A DNA stretch of 64,000 nt from Eledone cirrhosa. Its lineage: Eukaryota. The stretch is from assembly GCA_964016885.1 (NCBI GenBank), contig OZ024744.1:130944001-131008000 (forward strand). The letters run 5' to 3'. Positions 25,116-36,493 of the stretch are shown here, piece by piece (position 1 is the stretch's first letter; every line of letters starts with the position of its first letter). Below the pieces are notes generated by a model that worked only from the letters and a program-made list of their open reading frames with translations, was not told where the DNA came from and searched no databases. A program made the translations under genes and the position numbers.

Positions 25116-25316
25116 AACCCCAACTTAACTTAACCCCATTTTCACTCAAACCCAACTTAACTCAACCCCAACTTAACTTAACCCCAGCTTCACTCAACCC
25201 CAACTTAACTTAACCCCAACTTCACTCAACCCCAACTTAACTCAACCCCAACTTAACTTAATCCCAACTTGACTTAACCCCAACTTAACTTAACCCCAAC
25301 TTAACTTAACCCCAAA
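25116..25316 (-). repeat. Inverted cassette 15 (type H, divergent, 201 bp, single copy in window)
   Basis: Same junction positions but ends CCCCAAAGTCGGGG; lacks CGTA/AAGTC/AGCCC markers; private changes CCCCATTTTCAC, CCCCAGCTT, AATCCC. Confidence 0.95.
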
Positions 25317-26468
25317 GTCGGGGTTAAGTTAAGTTGGGGGTAAGTTAAGTTGGGATTAAGTTGGGGTTAAGTTAAGTTAGGGTTAAGTTAAGTTGGGGTT
25401 AAGTTAAGTTGGGGTTAAGTTGGGGTTAAATTAAGTTGGGGCTAAGTTAATTTGTGGTTAAGTTAAGTTGGGGTTAAGTTAAGTTGGGGTTAAGTTAAGT
25501 TGCGTTTAAGTTGGGGTTAAGTTAAGTTAGGGTTAAGTTAAGTTGGGGTTAAGTTAAGTTGGGGTTAATTTAAATTGGGGTTAAGTTAACTTTGTGGTTA
25601 AGTTAAGTTGGGGTTAAGTTAAGTTGGGGTTAAGTTGGGATTAATTTAAGTTGGGGCTAAGTTAATTTGTGGTTAAGTTAAGTTGGGGTTAAGTTAAGTT
25701 GGGGTTAAGTTAAGTTGCGGGTAATTTAAGTTGGCGTTAAGTTAAGTTGGGGTTAAGTTAAGTTGGGGTTAAGTTAAGTTGGGGTTAAGTTAAGTTGGGG
25801 TTTATTTAAGTTGGGGTTAAGTTAAGTTGGGGTTCAGTTAAGTTGGGGTTCAGTTAAGTTGGGGTTAAGTTAAGTTGGGGTTAAGATGGGGTTAAATTAC
25901 GTTGGAGTTAAGTTAAGTTGGGGTTAAGTTAAGTTGGGGTTAAGTTAAGTTGGGGTTAAGTTAAGTCGGGGTTAATTTAAGTCGGGGTTAAGTTAAGTTA
26001 GGGTTCAGTTAAGTTGGGGTTAAGTTAAGTTGGGGTTGAGTTAGTTGGGGTCGAGTTAAATTGGGGTTGAGTTAAGTTGGGCTTGAGTTAAGTTGGTGTT
26101 GAGTTAAGTTGGGGTTAAGGTAAATTGGGGTTAATTTAAGTTGCAGTTAAGTTAAGTTGAGGTTAAGTTAAGGTGCGGTTAAGTTAAGTTGGGGTTAAGT
26201 TAAGTTGGGGCTAAGTTAAGTTGGGGCTAAGTTAAGTTGGGGCTAAGTTAAGTTGGGGTTAAGTTAAGTTGGGGTTAAGTTAAGTCGGGGTTAAGTTAAG
26301 TTGGGGTTAAGTTAAGTTGGGGTTAATTTAAGTTGGGGTTAAGTTAAGTTGGGGTTAAGTTAAGTTGGGGTTAAGTTAAGTTGGGTTTAAGTTAAGTTGG
26401 GGTTAAGTTAAGTTGGGGTTAAGTTAAGTTGGGGTTAAGTTAAGTTGGGGTTAAGTTAAGTTGGGGTT

Positions 26469-26596
26469 AACCCCAACTTAACTTAACCCCAACTTCACTC
26501 AACCCCAACTTAACTTAACCCCAACTTCACTCAACCCCAACTTCCAACTTGACTTAACCCCAACTTAACTTAGCCCCAACTTAACTTAAGCCCAAA
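26469..26596 (-). repeat. Inverted cassette 16 (type A, 128 bp)
   Basis: Same markers as cassette 8. Confidence 0.95.
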
Positions 26597-28597
26597 GTCG
26601 GGGTTAAGTTAAGTTTGCGTTAAGTTAAGTTAGGCTTAACTTAAGTTGGGGTTCAGTTAAGTTGGGGGTAAGTTAAGTTGGGGTTAAGTTAAGTTGCGGT
26701 TAAGTTGGGGTTAAGTTAAGTTAGGGTTAAGTTAATTTGGGGTTGAGTTAAGTTGGGGTTAATTAAGTGGTGGTTATGTTAAGTTGGGGTTAAGTTAAGT
26801 TGGGGTTAATTTAAATTGGGGTTAAGTTAACTTTGTGGTTAAGTTAAGTTGGGGTTAAGTTAAGTGGGGGTAAAGTTGGGGTTGAGTTAAGTTGGGGTTG
26901 AGTGAAGTTGGGGTTAAGTTAAGTTGGGGTTAAGTTAAGTTGGGGTTAAGATAAGTCGGGGTTAAGTTAAGTTGTGGTTGAGTTAAGTTGGGGTTAATTT
27001 AAGTTGGGGCTAAGTTAATTTGTGGTTAAGTTAAGTTGGGGTTAAGTTAAGTTGGGGTTAAGTTAAGTTGGGGTTGAGTTAAGTTGGGGTTGAGTTAATT
27101 TGGGGTTAAGTTAAGTTGGGGTTAAGTTAAGTTGGGTTTAAGTTAAGTTGGGGTTAAATTAAGTTGGGGTTAAATTAAGTTGGGGTTGAGTTAAGTTGGG
27201 GGTAAGTTAAGTTGGGGGCAAGTTAAGTTGGGGTTAATTTAAGTTGGGGTTAAATTAAGTTGGGGTTACGTTAAGTTGGTGTTAAGTTAAGTTGGGGTTA
27301 ATTTAAGTTGGGGTTAATTAAGTTGGGGTTAAGTTAAGTTGGGGTTAAGTTAAGTTGGGGTTAAGTTAAGTTGGTGTTAAGTTAAGTTGGGGCTAAGTTA
27401 AGTTGGGGCTGAGTTAAGTTGGGGCTGAGTTAAGTTGGGGCTAAGTTAAGTTGGGGTTGAGTTATGTTGGGGTTAAGTTAAGTTGGGGTCAAGTTAAGTT
27501 GGGGTTAAGTTGGGGTTAAGTTAAGTTAGGTTTAAGTTAAGTTGGGGTTAAGTTAAGTTGGGGTTAAGTTAAGTTGGGGTTAAGTTAAGTTAGGTTTAAG
27601 TTAAGTTGGGGTTAAGTTAAGTTGGGGTTAAGTTAAGTTGGGGTTAAGTTAAGTTGGGGTTAAGTTAAGTTGAGGTTAAGTTAAGTTGGGGTTAAATTAA
27701 GTTGGGGTTAAGTTAAGTTGGGGTTAAGTTAAGTTGGGGATAAGTTAAGTTGGGGATAATTTAAGTTGGGGTTAAGTTAAGTTGGGTTTAAGTTAAGTTG
27801 GGGTTAAGTTAAGTTGGGGTTAAGTTAAGTTGGGGTTAAGTTAAGTTGGGGTTAAGTTAAGTTGGGGTTCAGTTAAGTTGGGGTTCAGTTAAGTTGGGGT
27901 TAAGTTAAGTTGGGGTTAAGATGGGGCTAAATTAAGTTGGGGTTAAGTTAAGTTGGGGTTAAGTTAAGTTGGGGTTAAGCTAAGTTGGGGTTAAGTTAAG
28001 TCGGGGTTAAGTTAAGTCGGGGTTAAGTTAAGTTAGGGTTCAGTTAAGTTGGGGTTAAGTTAAGTTGGGGTTGAGTTAAGTTGGGGTTGAGTTAAATTGG
28101 GGTTAAGTTAAGTTGGGGTTGAGTTAAGTTGGTGTTGTGTTAAGTTGGGGTTAAGTTAAGTTGGGGTTAAGTTAAGTTGCAGTTAAGTTAAGTTGAGGTT
28201 AAGTTAAGGTGCGGTTAAGTTAAGTTGGGGTTAAGTTAAGTTGGGGCTAAGTTAAGTTGGGGCTAAGTTAAGTTGGGGCTAAGTTAAGTTGGGGTTAAGT
28301 TAAGTCGGGGTTAAGTTAAGTTGGGGTTAAGTTAAGTTGGGGTTAATTTAAGTTGGGGTTAAGTTAAGTTGGGGTTAAGTTAAGTTGGGGTTAAGTTAAG
28401 TTGGGGTTAAGTTAAGTTGGGTTTAAGTTAAGTTGGGGTTAAGTTAAGTTGGGGTCAAGTTAAGTTGGGGTTAAGTTAAGTTGGTTAGTTAAGTCGAGTT
28501 TAAGTTAAGTTGGGGTTAATTTAAGTTGGGGTTAAGTTAAGTTGGGGTTAAGTTAAGTTGGGGTTAAGTTAAGTTGGGGTTAAGTTAAGTTGGGGTT

Positions 28598-28798
28598 AAC
28601 CCCAACTTAACTTAACCCCAACTTCACTCAACCCCAACGTAACTCAACCCCAACTTAACTTAACCCCAACTTCACTCAACCCCAACTTAACTTAACCCCA
28701 ACTTCACTCAACCCCAACTTAAGTCAACCCCAACTTAACTTAACCCCAACTTGACTTAACCCCAACTTAAATTAGCCCCAACTTAACTTAAGCCCAAA
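28598..28798 (-). repeat. Inverted cassette 17 (type B, 201 bp)
   Basis: As cassette 9; downstream GGCAGTAAG. Confidence 0.95.
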
Positions 28799-30433
28799 GT
28801 CGGGGTTAAGTTAAGTTGGCGTTATGTTAAGTCAGGCTTAACTTAAGTTGGGGTTCAGTTAAGTTGGCAGTAAGTTAAGTTGGGGGTAAGTTAAGTTGGG
28901 GTTAAATTAAGTTGCGGTTAAGTTGGGGTTAAGTTAAGTTAGGGTTAAGTTAAGTTGGGGTTGAGTTAAGTTGGGGTTAATTAAGTGGTGGTTATGTTAA
29001 GTTGGGGTTAATTTAAATTGGGGTTAAGTTAACTTTGTGGTTAAGTTCAGTTGGGGTTAAGTTAAGTTGGGGTTAAGTTGGGGTTGAGTTAAGTTGGGGT
29101 TGAGTGAAGTTGGGGTTAAGTTAAGTTGGGGTAAAGTTAAGTTGGGGTTAAGTTAAGTCGGGGTTGAGTTAAGTTGTGGTTGAGTTAAGTTGGGGTTAAT
29201 TTAAGTTGGGGCTAAGTTAATTTGTGGTTAAGTTAAGTTGGGGTTAAGTTAAGTTGGGTTTAAGTTAAGTTGGGGTTAAATTAAGTTGGGGTTAAATTAA
29301 GTTGGGGTTAAGTTAAGTTGGGGGTAAGTTAAGTTGGGGGCAAGTTAAGTTGGGGCTAAGTTAAGTTGGGGTTAAATTAAGTTGGGGTTACGTTAAGTTG
29401 GTGTTAAGTTAAGTTGGGGTTAATTTAAGTTGGGGTTAATTAAGTTGGGGTTAATTTAAGTTGGGGTTAAGTTAAGTTGGGGTTAATTTAAGTTGGGGTT
29501 GAGTTAAGTTGGGGTTAATTTAAGTTGGGGTTATATTAAGTTGGGGTTAAGTTAAGTTGGGGTTAATTTAAGTTGGGGTTAAGTTAAGTTGGGGTTTATT
29601 TAAGTTGGGGTTAAGTTAAGTTGGGGTTCAGTTAAGTTGGGGTTCAGTTAAGTTGGGGTTAAGTTAAGTTGGGGTTAAGATGGGGTTAAATTAAGTTGGG
29701 GTTAAGTTAAGTTGGGGTCAAGTTAAGTTGGGGTTAAGTTAAGTTGGGGTTAAGTTAAGTCGGGGTTAAGTTAAGTCGGGGTTAAGTTAAGTTAGGGTTC
29801 AGTTAAGTTGGGGTTAAGTTAAGTTGGGGTTGAGTTAAGTTGGGGTTGAGTTAAATTGGGGTTGAGTTAAGTTGGGGTTGAGTTAAGTTGGTGTTGAGTT
29901 AAGTTGGGGTTAAGTTAAGTTGGGGTTAAGTTAAGTTGCAGTTAAGTTAAGTTGAGGTTAAGTTAAGGTGCGGTTAAGTTAAGTTGGGGTTAAGTTAAGT
30001 TGGGGCTAAGTTAAGTTGGGGCTAAGTTAAGTTGGGGTTAAGTTAAGTTGGGGTTAAGTTAAGTTGGGGTTAAGTTAAGTTGGGGTTAAGTTAAGTTGGG
30101 GTTAAGTTAAGTTGGGTTTAAGTTAAGTTGGGGTTAAGTCAAGTTGGGGTTAAGTTAAGTTGGGGTTAAGTTTAGTTGGTTAGTTAAGTTGAGTTTAAGT
30201 TAAGTTGGGGTTAATTTAAGTTGGAGTTAAGTTAATATGGGGTTAAGTTAAGTTGGGGTTAAGTTAAGTTGGGTTTAAGTTAAGTTGGGGTTAAGTTAAG
30301 TTGGGGTCAAGTTAAGTTGGGGTTAAGTTAAGTTGGTTAGTTAAGTCGAGTTTAAGTTAAGTTGGGGTTAATTTAAGTTGGGGTTAAGTTAAGTTGGGGT
30401 TAAGTTAAGTTGGGGTTAAGTTAAGTTGGGGTT

Positions 30434-30586
30434 AACCCCAACTTAACTTAACCCCAACTTCACTCAACCCCAACGTAACTCAACCCCAACTTAACTTAAC
30501 CCCAACTTCACTCAACCCCAACTTAACTTAACCCCAACTTCACTCAACCCCAACTTATGTCAACCCCAACTTAACTTAAGCCCAAA
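30434..30586 (-). repeat. Inverted cassette 18 (type C, 153 bp)
   Basis: Marker CTTATGTC. Confidence 0.95.
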
Positions 30587-31984
30587 GTCGGGGTTAAGTT
30601 AAGTTGGCGTTATGTTAAGTCAGGCTTAACTTAAGTTGGGGTTCAGTTAAGTTGGGGGTAAGTTAAGTTGGGGGTAAGTTAAGTTGGGGTTAAGTTAAGT
30701 TGCGGTTAGGTTGGGGTTAAGTTAAGTTAGGGTTAAGTTAAGTTGGGGTTGAGTTAAGTTGGGGTTAATTAAGTGGTGGTTATGTTAAGTTGGGGTTAAT
30801 TTAAATTGGGGTTAAGTTAACATTGTGGTTAAGTTAAGTTGGGGTTAAGTTAAGTTGGGGTTAAGTTGGGGTTGAGTTAAGTTGGGGTTGAGTGAAGTTG
30901 GGGTTAAGTTAAGTTGGGGTAAAGTTAAGTTGGGGTTAAGTTAAGTCGGGGTTAAGTTAAGTTGTGGTTGAGTTAAGTTGGGGTTAATTTAAGTTGGGGC
31001 TAAGTTAATTTGTGGTTAAGTTAAGTTGGGGTTAAGTTAAGTTGGGGTTGAGTTAAGTTGGGTTTAAGTTAAGTTGGGGTTAAATTAAGTTGGGGTTAAA
31101 TTAAGTTGGGGTTAAGTTAAGTTGGGGGTAAGTTAAGTTGGGGGCAAGTTAAGTTGGGGCTAAGTTAAGTTGGGGTTAAATTAAGTTGGGGTTACGTTAA
31201 GTTGGTGTTAAGTTAAGTTGGGGTTAATTTAAGTTGGGGTTAATTAAGTTGGGGTTAATTTAAGTTGGGGTTAAGTTAAGTTGGGGTTAATTTAAGTTGG
31301 GGTTGAGTTAAGTTGGGGTTAAGTTAAGTTGGGGTTATATTAAGTTGGGGTTAAGTTAAGTTGGGGTTAAGTTAAGTTGGGGTTAAGTTAAGTTGGGGTT
31401 TATTTAAGTTGGGGTTAAGTTAAGTTGGGGTTCAGTTAAGTTGGGGTTCAGTTAAGTTGGGGTTAAGTTAAGTTGGGGTTAAGATGGGGTTCAATTAAGT
31501 TGGGGTTAAGTTAAGTTGGGGTCAAGTTAAGTTGGGGTTAAGTTAAGTTGGGGTTAAGTTAAGTCGGGGTTAAGTTAAGTCGGGTTTAAGTTAAGTTAGG
31601 GTTCAGTTAAGTTGGGGTTAAGTTAAGTTGGGGTTGAGTTAAGTTGGGGTTGAGTTAAATTGGGGTTGAGTTAAGTTGGGGTTGAGTTAAGTTGGTGTTG
31701 AGTTAAGTTGGGGTTAAGTTAAGTTGGGGTTAAGTTAAGTTGGGGTTAATTTAAGTTGGGGTTAATTTAAGTTGGGGTTAATTTAAGTTGGGGTTAAGTT
31801 AAGTTGGGGTTAAGTTAAGTTGGGGTTAAGTTAAGTTGGGTTTAAGTTAAGTTGGGGTTAAGTTAAGTTGGGGTCAAGTTAAGTTGGGGTTAAGTTAAGT
31901 TGGTTAGTTAAGTCGAGTTTAAGTTAAGTTGGGGTTAATTTAAGTTGGGGTTAAGTTAAGTTGGGGTTAAGTTAAGTTGGGGTT

Positions 31985-32185
31985 AACCCCAACTTAACTT
32001 AACCCCAACTTCACTCAACCCCAACTTCACTCAACCCCAACTTAACTTAACCCCAACTTCACTCAACCCCAACTTAACTTAACCCCAACTTCACTCAACC
32101 CCAACTTAAGTCAACCCCAACTTAACTTAACCCCAACTTGACTTAACCCCAACTTAAATTAGCCCCAACTTAACTTAAGCCCAAA
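31985..32185 (-). repeat. Inverted cassette 19 (type D, 201 bp)
   Basis: As cassette 11. Confidence 0.95.
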
Positions 32186-33396
32186 GTCGGGGTTAAGTTA
32201 AGTTGGCGTTATGTTAAGTCAGGCTTAACTTAAGTTGGGGTTCAGTTAAGTTGGGGGTAAGTTAAGTTGGGGGTAAGTTAAGTTGGGGTTAAGTTAAGTT
32301 GCGGTTAAGTTGGGGTTAAGTTAAGTTAGGGTTAAGTTAAGTTGGGGTTGAGTTAAGTTGGGGTTAATTAAGTGGTGGTTATGTTAAGTTGGGGTTAATT
32401 TAAATTGGGGTTAAGTTAACATTGTGGTTAAGTTAAGTTGGGGTTAAGTTAAGTTGGGGTTAAGTTGGGGTTGAGTTAAGTTGGGGTTGAGTGAAGTTGG
32501 GGTTAAGTTAAGTTGGGGTAAAGTTAAGTTGGGGTTAAGTTAAGTCGGGGTTAAGTTAAGTTGTGGTTGAGTTAAGTTGGGGTAAAGTTAAGTTGGGGTT
32601 AAGTTAAGTTGGGGTTAAGTTAAGTTGGGGTTGAGTTAAGTTGGGGTTGAGTTAATTTGGGGTTAAGTTAAGTTGGGGTTAAGTTAAGTTGGGTTTAAGT
32701 TAAGTTGGGGTTAAATTAAGTTGGGGTTAAATTAAGTTGGGGTTAAGTTAAGTTGGGGGTAAGTTAAGTTGGGGGCAAGTTAAGTTGGGGCTAAGTTAAG
32801 TTGGGGTTAATTTAAGTTGGGGTTAATTAAGTTGGGGTTAATTTAAGTTGGGGTTAAGTTAAGTTGGGGTTAATTTAAGTTGGGGTTGAGTTAAGTTGGG
32901 GTTAAGTTAAGTTGGGGTTATATTAAGTTGGGGTTAGGTTAAGTTGGGGTTAAGTTAAGTTGGGGTTAAGTTAAGTTGGGGTTTATTTAAGTTGGGGTTA
33001 AGTTAAGTTGGGCTTAATTTAAGTTGGGGTTGAGTTAAGTTGGTGTTGAGTTAAGTTGCGGTTATGTTAAGTTGGGGTTAAGTTAAGTTGGGGTTAAGTT
33101 AAGTTGGGGCTGAGTTAAGTTGGGGCTGAGTTAAGTTGGGGTTAAGTTAAGTTGGGGTTAAGTTAAGTCGGGGTTAAGTTAAGTTGGGGTTAAGTTAAGT
33201 TGGGGTTAAGTTAAGTTGGGGTTAAGTTAAGTTGGGGTTAAGTTAAGTTGGGTTTAAGTTAAGTTGGGGTTAAGTTAAGATGGGGTCAAGTTAAGTTGGG
33301 GTTAAGTTAAGTTGGTTAGTTAAGTTGAGTTTAATTTAAGTTGGGGTTAATTTATGTTGGGGTTAAGTTAAGTTGGGGTTAAGTTAAGTTGGGGTT

Positions 33397-33597
33397 AACC
33401 CCAACTTAACTTAACCCCAACTTCACTCAACCCCAACGTAACTCAACCCCAACTTAACTTAACCCCAACTTCACTCAACCCCAACTTAACTTAACCCCAA
33501 CTTCACTCAACCCCAACTTAAGTCAACCCCAACTTAACTTAACCCCAACTTGACTTAACCCCAACTTAACTTAGCACGAACTTAACTTAAGCCCAAA
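33397..33597 (-). repeat. Inverted cassette 20 (type E, 201 bp)
   Basis: Marker TTAGCACGAAC. Confidence 0.95.
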
Positions 33598-34881
33598 GTC
33601 GGGGTTAAGTTAAGTTGGCGTTAAGTTAAGTTAGGCTTAACTTAAGTTGGGGTTCAGTTAAGTTGGGGGTAAGTTAAGTTGGGGGTAAGTTAAGTTGGGG
33701 TTAAGTTAAGTTGCGTTTAAGTTGGGGTTAAGTTAAGTTAGGGTTAAGTTAAGTTGGGATTAAGTTAAGTTGGGGATAATTTAAGTTGGGGTTAAGTTGG
33801 GGTTAATTTAACTTGGGGCTAAGTTAATTTGTGGTTAAGTTAAGTTGGGGTTAAGTTAATTTGGGGTTAAGTTAAGTTGGGGTTGAGTTAAGTTGGGGTT
33901 GAGTTAATTTGGGGTTAATTTAAGTTGGGGTTAAGTTAAGTTGGGTTTAAGTTAAGTTGGGGTTAAATTAAGTTGGGGTTAAATTAAGTTGGGGTTAAGT
34001 TAAGTTGGGGGTAAGTTAAGTTGGGGGCAAGTTAAGTTGGGGCTAAGTTAAGTTGGGGTTAAATTAAGTTGGGGTTACGTTAAGTTGGTGTTAAGTTAAG
34101 TTGGGGTTAATTTAAGTTGGGGTTAATTAAGTTGGGGTTAAGTTAAGTTGGGGTTAAGTTAAGTTGGGGTTTATTTAAGTTGGGGTTAAGTTAAGTTGGG
34201 GTTCAGTTAAGTTGGGGTTCAGTTAAGTTGGGGTTAAGTTAAGTTGGGGTTAAGATGGGGTTAAATTAAGTTGGGGTTAAGTTAAGTTGGGGTTAAGTTA
34301 AGTTGGGGTTAAGTTAAGTTGGGGTTAAGTTAAGTCGGGGTTAAGTTAAGTCGGGGTTAAGTTAAGTTAGGGTTCAGTTAAGTTGGGGTTAAGTTAAGTT
34401 GGGGTTGAGTTAAGTTGGGGTTGAGTTAAATTGGGGTTGAGTTAAGTTGGGGTTGAGTTAAGTTGGTGTTGAGTTAAGTTGCGGTTATGTTAAGTTGGGG
34501 TAAGTTAAGTTGGGGTTAAGTTAAGTTGGGGCTAAGTTAAGTTGGGGCTGAGTTAAGTTGGGGTTAAGTTAAGTTGGGGTTAAGTTAAGTCGGGGTTAAG
34601 TTAAGTTGGGGTTAAGTTAAGTTGGGGTTAAGTTAAGTTGGGGTTAATTAAGTTGGGGTTAAGTTAAGTTGGGGTTAAGTTTAGTTGGGTTTAAGTTAAG
34701 TTGGGGTTAAGTTAAGTTGGGGTCAAGTTAATTTGGGGTTAAGTTAAGTTGGTTAGTTAAGTTGAGTTTAAGTTAAGTTGGGGTTAATTTATGTTGGGGT
34801 TAAGTTAAGTTGGGGTTAAGTTAAGTTGGGGTTAAGTTAAGTTGGGGTTAAGTTAAGTTGGGGTTAAGTTAAGTTGGGGTT

Positions 34882-35082
34882 AACCCCAACTTAACTTAAC
34901 CCCAACGTAACTCAACCCCAACGTAACTCAACCCCAACTTAACTTAACCCCAACTTCACTCAACCCCAACTTAACTTAACCCCAACTTCACTCAACCCCA
35001 ACTTAAGTCAACCCCAACTTAACTTAACCCCAACTTGACTTAACCCCAACTTAACTTAGCACCAACATAACTTAAGCCCAAA
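34882..35082 (-). repeat. Inverted cassette 21 (type F, 201 bp)
   Basis: Double CGTA; sub-variant CACCAACATAAC. Confidence 0.95.
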
Positions 35083-36292
35083 GTCGGGGTTAAGTTAAGT
35101 TGGCGTTAAGTTAAGTTAGGCTTAACTTAAGTTGGTGTTCAGTTAAGTTGGGGGTAAGTTAAGTTGGGGGTAAGTTAAGTTGTGGTTAAGTTAAGTTGCG
35201 TTTAAGTTGGGGTTAAGTTAAGTTAGGGTTAAGTTAAGTTGGGGTTAAGTTAAGTTGGGGTTAATTTAAATTGGGGTTAAGTTAACTTTGTGGTTAAGTT
35301 AAGTTGGGGTTAAGTTAAGTTGGGGTTAAGTTGGGGTTAATTTAAGTTGGGGCTAAGTTAATTTGTGGTTAAGTTAAGTTGGGGTTAAGTTAAGTTGGGG
35401 TTAAGTTAAGTTGGGGTTGAGTTAAGTTGGGGTTGAGTTAATTTGGGGTTAATTTAAGTTGGGGTTAAGTTAAGTTGGGGCTAAGTTAAGTTGGGGCTAA
35501 GTTAAGTTGGGGCTAAGTTAAGTTGGGGTTAGGTTAAGTCGGGGTTAAGTTAAGTCGGGGTTAAGTTAAGTTGGCGTTAAGTTAAGTTGGGGTTAATTTA
35601 AGTTGGGGTTAAGTTAAGTTGGGGTTAATTTAAGTTGGGGTTAAGTTAAGTTGCGGGTAATTTAAGTTGGGGTTAAGTTAAGTTGGGGTTAAGTTAAGTT
35701 GGGGTTATGTTAAGTTGGTTAGTTAAGTTGAGTTTAAGTTAAGTTGGGGTTAATTTATGTTGGGGTTAAGTTAAGTTGGGGTTAAGTTAAGTTGGGGTTA
35801 ATTTAAGTTGGGGTTAAGTTAAGTTGCGGGTAATTTAAGTTGGGGTTAAGTTAAGTTGGGGTTAAGTTAAGTTGGGGTTATGTTAAGTTGGGGTTAAGTT
35901 AAGTTGGGGTTAAGTTAAGTTGGGGCTAAGTTAAGTTGGGGCTGAGTTAAGTTGGGGTTAAGTTAAGTTGGGGTTAAGTTAAGTTGGGGATAAGTTAAGT
36001 TGGGGTTAAGTTAAGTTGGGGTTTATTTAAGTTGGGGTTAATTTAAGTTGGGGTTCAGTTAAGTTGGGGTTAAGTTAAGTTGGGGTTAAGTTAAGTTGGG
36101 GTTAAGTTAAGTTGGGGTTAAGTTAAGTTGGGTTTAAGTTAAGTTGGGGTTAAGTTAAGTTGGGGTCAAGTTAAGTTGGGGTTAAGTTAAGTTGGTTAGT
36201 TAATTTGAGTTTAAGTTAAGTTGGGGTTAATTTTTGTTGGGGTTAAGTTAAGTTGGGGTTAAGTTAAGTTGGGGTTAAGTTAAGTTGGGGTT

Positions 36293-36493
36293 AACCCCAA
36301 CTTAACTTAACCCCAACTTCACTCAACCCCAACGTAACTCAACCCCAACTTAACTTAACCCCAACTTCACTCAACCCCAACTTAACTTAACCCCAACTTC
36401 ACTCAACCCCAACTTAAGTCAACCCCAACTTAACTTAACCCCAACTTGACTTAACCCCAACTTAACTTAGCACCAACTTAACTTAAGCCCAAA
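36293..36493 (-). repeat. Inverted cassette 22 (type G, 201 bp)
   Basis: As cassette 14. Confidence 0.95.

Larger units (their letters stand above)
11487..26468 (+). repeat. Higher-order repeat copy I (A-B-C-D-E-F-G-H), 14,982 bp from A to next A
   Basis: Cassette order and intervening variant strings recur 14,709-14,982 bp downstream; boundary set arbitrarily at cassette A. Confidence 0.88.
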
